Origin: a virus
Length of the DNA: 64,000 nucleotides
Direction: 5' to 3' (one strand)
IMG/VR virus record: IMGVR_UViG_3300024255_000017
Location: 1-64,000 of that record
Part shown: one piece after another, positions 1 through 7,878 of the stretch
Position numbering within the stretch: position 1 is the stretch's first letter
How the letters are laid out: each line of letters starts with the position of its first letter
The notes under the pieces: generated by a model
What the model saw: only the letters and a program-made list of their open reading frames with translations
What the model was told of the DNA's origin: nothing
The model's database searches: none
Translations under genes and position numbers: made by a program

Positions 1-520
1 TAAACTAAACGAACATGCAAAACCATCCAAACCACTACAGCCAGCAAAATGCTCAAATCTATTGGAATGATGAATGGAATTTAAACTCTAAGTAATCTAC
101 CAGCTTTTCATAAAATACTATATAAAAGGCAAGAACCCTAGATACCTCTAAGTCTCAAACAATTCAAATACCTATATAGTAATCAACGGTACTATCGCAA
201 TACTATTAATAATCGCGTATACCAGTACTAGCATAGAATAGTCGTATCCAGAGTAGTTATCATTGGACTATCAGTTTATCCGTACCGGAGGTCTGATTGC
301 TAATATCTGGTTACTGGTACTACGATCCAGAGGAGTCTAATATATACTAGCCATTTTTTACCGTTTTCTACCGTATTACCGCTATTTTCACTCAAAGTAC
401 TCAAAGTAATCAACTGACAAGACCCTTAGTAACCCAATGTTACCAGGTCTGAACCAAATCCGGCTGTGAAGCGTGACACCTGTAACCATACCTGAAATCA
501 GAGCTCGCAGTATCTAGTAA

Positions 521-582
521 ATAGTGGATGTACAGTCTACTATAGTGGATGTACAGTCAATAGGAATATCCTTGTAGTGGAT
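521..582. repeat. 17-bp direct repeat ATAGTGGATGTACAGTC x2 plus partial third copy
   Basis: Exact copies at 521-537 and 542-558; TAGTGGAT again at 575-582. Confidence 0.85.
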
Positions 583-597
583 AAAGGGTAACTACCA

Positions 598-680
598 AAT
601 TGTTAATAACTTTTAGAAAATAACTGCCTAAGTATGGCCACAATCGCGAAAAATTGATTATATTTATATTATAATAAAAA
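598..680 (+). promoter_or_regulatory. Early-type promoter copy 1 (GTTAATAAC-N48-TATATTT)
   Basis: GTTAATAAC 602-610, ATTGATTATATTTATA ~653-668; same architecture at three other sites. Confidence 0.75.
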
Positions 681-697
681 CCGTAAAACTATACACT

Positions 698-874
698 ATG
701 GCATATCCTTACAAAAACAAACAAGACCGCTATCCAAACGGATTCCTACCAAAGATCCAATACTGGAGTCAGGTACTATCCGAAGCTTGCGAAGCGAATG
801 ATACCGAAGCGGCTGAGTACGCGAAGTCTAAACTAGATTACTTCTGTGATCGTCACGCTAACCTACAAGGCTAA
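698..874 (+). CDS. Small hypothetical protein, 58 aa (MAYPYKNKQDRYPNG...)
   Basis: Read by hand; ATG directly downstream of the conserved promoter, A-rich leader; below the ORF-track cutoff. Confidence 0.7.
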   Translation: MAYPYKNKQDRYPNGFLPKIQYWSQVLSEACEANDTEAAEYAKSKLDYFCDRHANLQG

Positions 875-901
875 CGGGATGGCCTAGGTTGTTAACATGG
901 G

Positions 902-1001
902 ATTGTTAATAACTTCTTGAAAAAAGTCTAGGAAAAGTTTTCAAATCCCAACAAAATTGATTATATTTATATTATAATAAAAATTAAAAAAACGGAAAAA
1001 A
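902..1001 (+). promoter_or_regulatory. Early-type promoter copy 2
   Basis: GTTAATAAC 905-913, TTTCA, TATATTT 962-968, AAACGG leader before ATG 1002. Confidence 0.8.
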
Positions 1002-1178
1002 ATGGTAGAAACTACAAAACAATTCAAAGTGGAACTCCAAGGAGATTTACTAATGGTCAAGGACCTCAACAACAATTTGCTAAAAGGTATGGCGGTACCT
1101 GCATGGGACGCTGTTAACCGATTTAAGGCAATGGTATTAAAAGTAAAAGAAGTTGAATCTAAAAACCAATCTAAGTAA
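1002..1178 (+). CDS. Small hypothetical protein, 58 aa (MVETTKQFKVELQGD...)
   Basis: Read by hand; follows the promoter, stop TAA 1 nt before the ATG at 1180. Confidence 0.75.
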   Translation: MVETTKQFKVELQGDLLMVKDLNNNLLKGMAVPAWDAVNRFKAMVLKVKEVESKNQSK

Positions 1179-1179
1179 T

Positions 1180-2040
1180 ATGGGAGTATCTAAACTAAAC
1201 AACAGGCTAACAAAGATTAGCAACGTCAAATTCGCAAAAGGACTATTTGACGCACACAAAACAAACACTCCATTAGACGGTCTATTTAGTATCGACGGCG
1301 GTGTACCTAAAGCTACTAACTGGATGGTAGTAGGAGATCCAGGAGTTGGTAAATCAACGGTTACTCTAGATATTATTGCTAACGCAGAAAGGACTGGTTC
1401 TAAGGTACTATTTATATCAGCAGAAATGAGCCCGGTGGATCTAAAACTATATGTTGACCGATACCCTAAATTTGGAGACCTGGATATATTCTTTCCACAA
1501 GAAATCGCTGATGATGAATCTCCAAAAGCTATATTAGAAGAAGTACTAAATGAAGGTTACGATATTGTATTGATTGACTCCTTTATTGAACTACAAGCTA
1601 CTATCCAAGAATCTGATAGAATGACAAGGAATAGAGCTGAGAAATGGTTATTGGATTTAATGTATCAACAAAACCTTGGACAGAATAAAGGTAAGAACTA
1701 TACTTCCTTCCTTAATATACAACAGGTAAATAAAGGTGGTACATTCGTTGGATCTAATAAACTAAAGCATATGACAACCGGTATGATGGAGATTAGATTC
1801 GTGGATACGCTATCACAAGATGAAAGGTATGTTGTATTTAGCAAAAACCGTCGAGGTCATGTTGGAAAACAAATGTTCTTTAATCTTGCTGCAACCGGAG
1901 ATGTTACTTACGATACTGAAAGGTTCAAAAAATCTGAATCTTTAAAACAACTGAAAAAGAAAGAAAAGGAAATGGTCAAAAAGGATGGCCTTGAATTTGA
2001 TAAGCTATTCGGATTAAAGGATGAGGTAACAACTGAATAA
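1180..2040 (+). CDS. RadA/Sms-like RecA-fold ATPase (core only)
   Basis: Walker A GDPGVGKST, ISAEM, Walker B VLIDS, LKHM and SKNRRG (cf. RadA KNRFG); ATG 1180 preferred over TTG 1153. Confidence 0.8.
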   Translation: MGVSKLNNRLTKISNVKFAKGLFDAHKTNTPLDGLFSIDGGVPKATNWMVVGDPGVGKSTVTLDIIANAERTGSKVLFISAEMSPVDLKLYVDRYPKFGDLDIFFPQEIADDESPKAILEEVLNEGYDIVLIDSFIELQATIQESDRMTRNRAEKWLLDLMYQQNLGQNKGKNYTSFLNIQQVNKGGTFVGSNKLKHMTTGMMEIRFVDTLSQDERYVVFSKNRRGHVGKQMFFNLAATGDVTYDTERFKKSESLKQLKKKEKEMVKKDGLEFDKLFGLKDEVTTE

Positions 2041-2052
2041 ATAAAGAAAGGG

Positions 2053-2156
2053 AATTGTTAATAACTTTATGAAAAAAAGCATAGATTTATTTTCAATTCC
2101 CAACTATATTGATTATATTTATATTATATAAAAACAATTAAAAAACGGTAAAAATT
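2053..2156 (+). promoter_or_regulatory. Early-type promoter copy 3
   Basis: GTTAATAAC 2057-2065, TTTCAATTCCCAA, TATATTT 2114-2120, AAACGG leader. Confidence 0.8.
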
Positions 2157-3314
2157 ATGCAAAGTTTAACAACACTAAGTCAATCTGCCTTCGACGTTAA
2201 AAAGGCTGAAGCAATTAACAATCAGTTAATGCGAAAAGAAATTACTCTATCTGAGTTCAATGTAATAGACAACAACCATATTGATGTGGATGGTGTTAAA
2301 ATTGAAGTAACGGATAAAGCATTCGGTAAACTATTAGGAAGGTTAAGAATTCCTAAGGCGTTTGCTAAAAGGTTTTCTGATGGATTCGGTAATGATGGTC
2401 TACGTCAATTAATCCAAATGATGAAAACTGCTAAATCAAGTCGTAACGAACAAACTGTTACTCTATTAGTGGATCCTAATTCCAGAAAGATAATGGATAT
2501 ACTGCCTGCAGGATATGCCTCTATTAGTAATGAGAATTTTATTGATTTTGCTTCAAGGTATATTGATCAATATAATTTAGGAGTTACTCATATGGGATCT
2601 AGCCAATATGGTGGAACTCAAATTAACTGTGTATCTCCACAAGGTATGTTTAATGTACCAGGAATGACAAACGAAGTATTTAATACTGGTGTAACATTCA
2701 GAAATACTCCAACTCGCGGTTTAGAAGTATCGCCTTATTTGGAACGCCTAATCTGTGCAAACGGTATGACATCCACCGCATTCGCTGAAAACTATGGTTT
2801 ACATAACCTCAACGATAAAAACATCAATGAGTTTAATGAACATATGATCCGAATGGCATCTACTAACTTCCAACCAGTAGGATTAGCCGACAATATCAAA
2901 AAGGCTAATAGTACAGATGCCAGTTTAGCGGAAATGCAAAGAGCTGCCTCTAGTATACTATCCTTAGATAAAGCTGTAGATTATGAATATGTACAGAAAT
3001 ACATTCCGGTAGAAAGAGCATTCAAGGCGTATAGCCAATTAGGTGCTGATCCAAATACCTTTACAAAGGCTCAAATGAAAAATGCTAAATCTGGTATGTC
3101 TGTTTGGGATCTAGTAAATGGTATGACCAATTTTGCCTCTAACGATACTAAGTTCGGTATTAACGAAGGTAAAATGGGGAATCTAATGGTAACAGCCGGT
3201 AACATACTCTGTAAAAAGCAATATGATACTGAAGGAGTATTGGATATCAATCCTTTTGCTACCAGAGATCTACTAACTTCTTCTGAATCGGCAAGAGTCC
3301 GAGGAGAAGCATAA
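2157..3314 (+). CDS. DUF932-like phage/plasmid protein
   Basis: Motifs GLEVSPYLERLICANGM and SVWDLVNGMTNFA resemble the DUF932 family (recognised by eye). Confidence 0.6.
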   Translation: MQSLTTLSQSAFDVKKAEAINNQLMRKEITLSEFNVIDNNHIDVDGVKIEVTDKAFGKLLGRLRIPKAFAKRFSDGFGNDGLRQLIQMMKTAKSSRNEQTVTLLVDPNSRKIMDILPAGYASISNENFIDFASRYIDQYNLGVTHMGSSQYGGTQINCVSPQGMFNVPGMTNEVFNTGVTFRNTPTRGLEVSPYLERLICANGMTSTAFAENYGLHNLNDKNINEFNEHMIRMASTNFQPVGLADNIKKANSTDASLAEMQRAASSILSLDKAVDYEYVQKYIPVERAFKAYSQLGADPNTFTKAQMKNAKSGMSVWDLVNGMTNFASNDTKFGINEGKMGNLMVTAGNILCKKQYDTEGVLDINPFATRDLLTSSESARVRGEA

Positions 3315-3420
3315 TATCAATTGCAATATTGCCTTAGGTGGTTTTACCCGTTCCATCGGGCAGTATTGCAATTACTATTGATTATGAAATAAACCACCGG
3401 GTTTTAAATTTCCGTTTTTC
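3311..3420 (+). ncRNA. Candidate structured 3' RNA element (15-bp stem, possible pseudoknot)
   Basis: AATTGCAATATTGCC 3319-3333 pairs GGCAGTATTGCAATT 3359-3373; loop GGTGGTTT 3337-3344 complementary to AAACCACC 3391-3398. Confidence 0.45.
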
Positions 3421-3432
3421 TCCCTTGGTTAT

Positions 3433-3475
3433 AGGGCAGCCACAAATCTGTATTTCAGACTAGGCTGCCCTTTTT
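3433..3475 (+). terminator. Intrinsic terminator
   Basis: AGGGCAGCC...GGCTGCCCT stem followed by a T-run. Confidence 0.8.
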
Positions 3476-3489
3476 AGTGCTTAAAACTC

Positions 3490-4210
3490 ACACATTCTAG
3501 AGGGCCTTCTAGAGCAGCCAAGTAAATATGCCTATTTTATGATGATTTTTACCCACATTTAGGGCATTATATCTCGGTCCTGCTAGCCATAGCCTCTAGA
3601 ACGGCCCTCTAGAGCCCATATATAGCCCATATATAGCCCATTATTTCACATATATACACACAAATAGCACTCTAGAGCACCTTCTAGACACATAATATAG
3701 CCTATATGGTGATATATCGGCCCTACAGGAGATAGTCCTCCACAGAGCAGCTAATAAGCAGCATTGTCAAAAACCCTAAAACCAGTCCACAGCTTGCTAC
3801 AACCACCATTAGGGCATAATCTATTAGAATATCGCTGTAGACGGTAATAGGGTATATACAAGCTATATCCGCCCTAGAGCAGCCCTAGCAGGTACTAGAG
3901 CTAGTAGTACATGGTAGTACATGGTAGTGGTAGTAGTACATGGTTAGTCAATGGTGGTCTATCTGGTCTGGTATGGTCTATTGCCATGGTGGTAGCTAGT
4001 ATTGTCCTTGCTAGTCATTGATTGCTATTGTGGTAGTCATAGTACCCTTAGAGAATTATACCCTTGAATACTATTATTCGCTTGATGCTTTTTAGGTCAA
4101 ACTGGCTCATGAGTTTGGGCCCACACAAAAATTCTAGCCAGAAAATTTGCTAGTATCTAGAATGTGAGTCTAAGAAAGATGTCTAGTAATGCCAAGTCTA
4201 GTCCAGAAAT
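3490..4210. repeat. Non-coding CTAG/TCTAGA-rich repeat region, candidate replication origin
   Basis: TCTAGA doublets at 3496/3508, 3595/3608, 3671/3683; AGCCCATATAT tandem 3613-3641; TAGTACATGG tandem 3905-3924; local C-rich to G-rich switch near 3890. Confidence 0.55.
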
Positions 4211-4245
4211 TTTTTCATCCTGTAAAAAAAGAGCTCTTTAAAAAC

Positions 4246-4275
4246 TTTCAGATACTTCTAGTACTTGTTATATTT
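4246..4275 (+). promoter_or_regulatory. Early-type core promoter TTTCA-N18-TATATTT without the upstream palindrome
   Basis: Same core spacing as the long early promoters and as 10745-10774. Confidence 0.6.
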
Positions 4276-4304
4276 TAATTATAATAACAATAACAAATTT
4301 ACCT

Positions 4305-4469
4305 ATGAACGAATTCTTAAATAATCATACTGACCAGGCAGATGCTCTAGCATCCATTGCGGAGTCCTTATCCGCAATCAGTACAAGTGCTACTCTACTT
4401 GTGGTACTCATGGCTAGTCTAGTAATACTCAAAGGACTAAAGGAACTTCGTAATTACCTCTATTCGTAA
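4305..4469 (+). CDS. Small membrane protein, 54 aa
   Basis: Read by hand; hydrophobic segment TLLVVLMASLVIL; downstream of the promoter. Confidence 0.65.
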   Translation: MNEFLNNHTDQADALASIAESLSAISTSATLLVVLMASLVILKGLKELRNYLYS

Positions 4470-4472
4470 ACC

Positions 4473-4865
4473 ATGAAGCTACTCTACTGTAATACCTGCA
4501 AGGATACTTTCAGTCTATCGTATACTACCAAGACCTGCCATTGCGGCGAGTCTGGTGGTCATTACGAGGCTGATGGACTAAACGCGAAATACTACGGTAA
4601 CTCGACGCCACTCGGATTTACTAATGATACTTTTAAATTCGCGAGGGAACGACAACCAGAATGGGGTAACGGATTTGAGTTTACCGCGTTCGTTATTCCA
4701 AAGGTTTGTCCTACTATGGTCCATATAGATTATTCAGAGTATATTCCAGTTGCTGATAGTACTTATGATGATGGATACGATTATTTAGAGGAAGATGTGG
4801 CTAAGATAAAGGCAGAAAAAAAATTAGGTAATGCATTTAAACAAACTGATAGTGATGCTATATAA
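4473..4865 (+). CDS. Cys-rich hypothetical protein (possible Zn-binding)
   Basis: CxxC...CxC at the N-terminus. Confidence 0.75.
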   Translation: MKLLYCNTCKDTFSLSYTTKTCHCGESGGHYEADGLNAKYYGNSTPLGFTNDTFKFARERQPEWGNGFEFTAFVIPKVCPTMVHIDYSEYIPVADSTYDDGYDYLEEDVAKIKAEKKLGNAFKQTDSDAI

Positions 4866-4882
4866 TAATAACAAATGGAACG

Positions 4883-5047
4883 ATGAATATGAAGACTAAA
4901 AAAATTAAAAGAACTGCTGAACTCTGTCTATGGTGTTTAGGCAACGGCGCAATCGGACTACTATTACTAACTCTTCTCTTCGCGTTTACGGTGGCGTTCT
5001 GTCATATATTTGGATTGGAAACCTCCTGGGCTAACAATATACTCTAA
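4883..5047 (+). CDS. Small membrane protein, 54 aa
   Basis: Read by hand; basic N-terminus plus hydrophobic stretch GLLLLTLLFAFTVAF. Confidence 0.6.
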   Translation: MNMKTKKIKRTAELCLWCLGNGAIGLLLLTLLFAFTVAFCHIFGLETSWANNIL

Positions 5048-5054
5048 GGGAACT

Positions 5055-5103
5055 ATGTGCGACTATGCAGAATGTGCGACCGCCATTTGAATAATGTGCC
5101 GAC
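5055..5103. repeat. Three spaced copies of ATGTGC(C)GAC
   Basis: 5055-5063, 5072-5080, 5094-5103 in an intergenic gap. Confidence 0.7.
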
Positions 5104-5162
5104 CATCTAAGAACTCAGAAAACAACTCTACATTTTTATATAAACTTTTTTAATTAGAAACC

Positions 5163-5387
5163 ATGTCAAGAAACATTAAAGACTGGACGATCAAAGAACC
5201 TGTTAAGGGTAACCATTACAAATTGTGGCGCCTCCTCCCTGGCTCCGTGTTTACTATCTCTACACCAACTGGAACTGATACCCTTTTGGTGAACAAACAA
5301 AAAGGTAGTTTAACTCATTGTCAGATATTTGACGGTGGAGAGTTTACCGCGATAGACTCTTCTGTTATAGTAACCGCTATAGGTTAA
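5163..5387 (+). CDS. Hypothetical protein
   Basis: ORF track, A-rich leader. Confidence 0.7.
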   Translation: MSRNIKDWTIKEPVKGNHYKLWRLLPGSVFTISTPTGTDTLLVNKQKGSLTHCQIFDGGEFTAIDSSVIVTAIG

Positions 5388-5395
5388 CTAAACAT

Positions 5396-5474
5396 CGGCC
5401 GGTATCTCCTCAAGCTTATACCTTGTAGAAAGAGTAATTGGTTACATGAGAGTTCAAATCTCTCTCGGCCGACC
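5396..5474 (+). tRNA. Non-canonical tRNA-like RNA with UAU (Ile) anticodon-like loop and rearranged arms
   Basis: 7-bp acceptor CGGCCGG/TCGGCCG + A-CC; T arm GAGAG-TTCAAAT-CTCTC; CAAG-CTTATAC-CTTG arm precedes a D-like GTAA-TTGG-TTAC hairpin. Confidence 0.6.
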
Positions 5475-5476
5475 GT

Positions 5477-5503
5477 AAACAAAATACATATTTGCAATAT
5501 AAT
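5477..5503 (+). promoter_or_regulatory. Middle-type promoter AAAC-N17-TATAAT (representative)
   Basis: Same spacing at 7814, 9364, 10026, 13172, 15019, 24223, 32963; N18 at 61743. Confidence 0.7.
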
Positions 5504-5518
5504 AATAAACATAGTAAC

Positions 5519-5824
5519 ATGCTCAAGAAAAAATACCTAAGGAAGAAAGACGATTTAATTAATTCATTAAACAATATTGAAAGGCGAACCATAGTTCTAA
5601 GTATTGAAGTAATTGAAACTTCTAAAATTAAAGATCACCTCATCTATGAATGTGACTATTTAGATAATGGTACTCAAAAGCAAATTAATATTATAGCAAA
5701 GGACATTACTGAAGCTATGCAAAAACTTGAGCCTTATGTAGGAAAGGGAATCCCTGATACTACAACTAATCTAATACTAGGAAGCCAATTGTACCAAGCA
5801 GTACATTTAGATCCGCCTGTATAA
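5519..5824 (+). CDS. Hypothetical protein
   Basis: ORF track; ATG 5519 lies downstream of the promoter, unlike TTG 5492. Confidence 0.7.
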   Translation: MLKKKYLRKKDDLINSLNNIERRTIVLSIEVIETSKIKDHLIYECDYLDNGTQKQINIIAKDITEAMQKLEPYVGKGIPDTTTNLILGSQLYQAVHLDPPV

Positions 5825-5846
5825 ATAAAGAAATAAAAAACTTATT

Positions 5847-6128
5847 ATGACTAAAGAAGATTTAAAAGGACCTAAAGTATTAGTAGACTTTTGGGCATCA
5901 TGGTGTGGACCGTGTAAAGTAATGAAACCTAAACTTGAGAAATTTGCTACTGACAATCCAGATATAGAAGTTATCTTTTGTAATGTAGATGAAGAATCAG
6001 ATCTTGCTAAAGAATACGGTATTAGAAGTATTCCTACACTTATCTATTTTGAAGATGGCGAGATTAAAGGTAAAAAGATTGGAATGGTAGAAGATAAACA
6101 AATCAAAGAAATGATTGATGCTAACTAA
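5847..6128 (+). CDS. trxA: Thioredoxin
   Basis: VDFWASWCGPCK active site, IRSIPT cis-Pro motif. Confidence 0.95.
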   Translation: MTKEDLKGPKVLVDFWASWCGPCKVMKPKLEKFATDNPDIEVIFCNVDEESDLAKEYGIRSIPTLIYFEDGEIKGKKIGMVEDKQIKEMIDAN

Positions 6129-6303
6129 CTGGTTACTTATTTATATGGGAATAGGTATAGTGTGTGGGTTATGCTTTGATATACTCTTTGATAGATTAGA
6201 CATGGAACCTCCTACTAACTTTGAAAGATTATTTTGGTTTGTAGCATGGCCTTTCTTTTTAGTTATATTTCTGTGGGGAATTTACAGTGATGATGAAGAA
6301 TAA
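6115..6303 (+). CDS. Small two-TM membrane protein
   Basis: Two hydrophobic segments; overlaps the trx stop. Confidence 0.7.
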   Translation: MMLTNWLLIYMGIGIVCGLCFDILFDRLDMEPPTNFERLFWFVAWPFFLVIFLWGIYSDDEE

Positions 6304-6376
6304 AAAAGTTTTTTAATAAACACTTTCAGAATCCTTTCTAACCTATTATAATTATACTATAAACAATATAACAAAT

Positions 6377-6604
6377 ATGAATAAAATTACCGCACCCTTC
6401 GCATTCGCCTTTTTACTTATACTAGGCCTTGTGATTTTGGCATTGATATTAGCATGGCCTACACAATGGCTCTGGAATGCATGCCTCGTACCGGCTATAG
6501 ATGCTGTTAATCCTATTGGATTCTGGCAAGCCTTCGGATTAAATGTATTATTTTCAATTATGTTTAATAAGAGCACAGTAAACCATAAGAATAAGAAGAA
6601 GTAA
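6377..6604 (+). CDS. Small phage membrane protein
   Basis: Hydrophobic; WLWN...IGFWQAFGL pattern. Confidence 0.75.
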   Translation: MNKITAPFAFAFLLILGLVILALILAWPTQWLWNACLVPAIDAVNPIGFWQAFGLNVLFSIMFNKSTVNHKNKKK

Positions 6605-6612
6605 AAACGAAT

Positions 6613-6697
6613 GCCGTTGTGATGGAATTGGTAGACATGACAGACTTAAAATCTGTTGGGCTGAAAGCCCGTGGCGGTTCGATTCCGCCCAGCGGTA
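6613..6697 (+). tRNA. tRNA-Leu(TAA)
   Basis: Cloverleaf, ACAGA-CTTAAAA-TCTGT anticodon arm, long variable arm GGGCTGAAAGCCC, GGTTCGATTCC; CCA not encoded. Confidence 0.95.
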
Positions 6698-6718
6698 CTA
6701 ATCTTTAAATAAATAAAA

Positions 6719-6988
6719 ATGACAAAAGTAGAATTAAACGTAGGAGACAAAGTTTCGTGGATCAGGCCAATGACATGTGTACCACATCCTGAAGGTAAAA
6801 CTGATCGTGATGGTAATGTACTTCCAGTGTTCAGAGACAAACTTGAAAAGGGAAGAGTTATTGGAACTAATGCAAACGGTTATTCAATCCGACCAGACTG
6901 GGCTGAACAATACAAAGATGCTATCTGTGGCGAAAGGTATTATGACAAGACCGTTAGTATCAAAGACGAAACATTAAAGAAACTATAA
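6719..6988 (+). CDS. Hypothetical protein
   Basis: ORF track, A-rich leader. Confidence 0.75.
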   Translation: MTKVELNVGDKVSWIRPMTCVPHPEGKTDRDGNVLPVFRDKLEKGRVIGTNANGYSIRPDWAEQYKDAICGERYYDKTVSIKDETLKKL

Positions 6989-6990
6989 TC

Positions 6991-7218
6991 ATGGAAAATA
7001 CTATTGATGTAAAAAGTAAAGATGAAGTATGGTGGGCAACCACTAATGAATACGATCTTGAAGTAAACGGAGAAAACTTATCAGTAAGAATTGCTGAAAC
7101 ACCAAAGAGTACAGAATTCTTTATATGGAATGAATCTACTGGATGGGAAGAAGCTGATACTGATACAGGTATTATGGAAATAGTTCATGACGCATGGAGT
7201 AACGGAGAATTAGAATAA
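6991..7218 (+). CDS. Acidic hypothetical protein
   Basis: ORF track, tightly packed. Confidence 0.75.
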   Translation: MENTIDVKSKDEVWWATTNEYDLEVNGENLSVRIAETPKSTEFFIWNESTGWEEADTDTGIMEIVHDAWSNGELE

Positions 7219-7229
7219 AACAATAACAT

Positions 7230-7303
7230 GGACTCGTAGCTCAGCTGGATAGAGCATCGCCCTTCTAAGGCGACGGTCATAGGTTCGAATCCTATCGGGT
7301 TCA
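7230..7303 (+). tRNA. tRNA-Arg(TCT)
   Basis: GCTCAGCTGGATAGAGC D arm, TCGCC-CTTCTAA-GGCGA anticodon arm, GGTTCGAATCC. Confidence 0.95.
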
Positions 7304-7322
7304 CTCTTAGCAAAATAAAGAT

Positions 7323-7811
7323 ATGGTAGAATATAAAAATAGATACGGAGACGTATATACGTTTACAAAACAAGAAGATGGTTCAGTCCTATGGGAAGGT
7401 TCTTTTGAACACTGTAGATTTGGAAGCTCTAATGATTATAAATTAGCATATCAGAATTACTGTAAAGATAGTTCAGGGATGGGAATTCACCCAATGCATA
7501 TTGAAGATTTTAAAGAAGCGATTCATGAAAGTGTATATGACGAAAACGATCATTATGTAGGACCTAGCGTTATTGGAAAACAATACCAAAACCTTGTGAA
7601 ATCAAATCCATGGATTAGTATGGTAGATCCAAGCGGAGGCCCTTACATTAACGAACATTCTAAACTAGATATTTTTGGTAAAGAACTAAAAGGATTATGT
7701 GTTAGGAGTTTTGAGGTGATTGAAACAGGATATAAGATTAACACATACAATGAGTTTGACCATTTAGCTGATACTAAAATCATTGGTGGTATAATTAATA
7801 CTTCTGAATAG
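7323..7811 (+). CDS. Hypothetical phage protein
   Basis: ORF track; YKNRYGD and MVDPSGGPYI motifs. Confidence 0.8.
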   Translation: MVEYKNRYGDVYTFTKQEDGSVLWEGSFEHCRFGSSNDYKLAYQNYCKDSSGMGIHPMHIEDFKEAIHESVYDENDHYVGPSVIGKQYQNLVKSNPWISMVDPSGGPYINEHSKLDIFGKELKGLCVRSFEVIETGYKINTYNEFDHLADTKIIGGIINTSE

Positions 7812-7878
7812 TGAAACTATTTTTAAACTAAGTATATAATAATAAATTCAAACGAATTAATACGTTCTTTAAAATTAT

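Noticed and set aside
335-372. Minus-strand AAAACGGTAAAAAATG resembling the early leader motif
   Set aside because: Opens only a 5-codon ORF (MASIY) and no matching promoter is visible upstream
3490-5103. CRISPR array
   Set aside because: Repeats are 6-11 bp with irregular spacing; there is no 25-45-bp repeat/unique-spacer pattern and no cas gene
6352-7373. ORFs 6352-6576(-), 6646-6840(-), 6777-6977(+), 7185-7373(-)
   Set aside because: Shadows of real genes or tRNAs, with no independent signals
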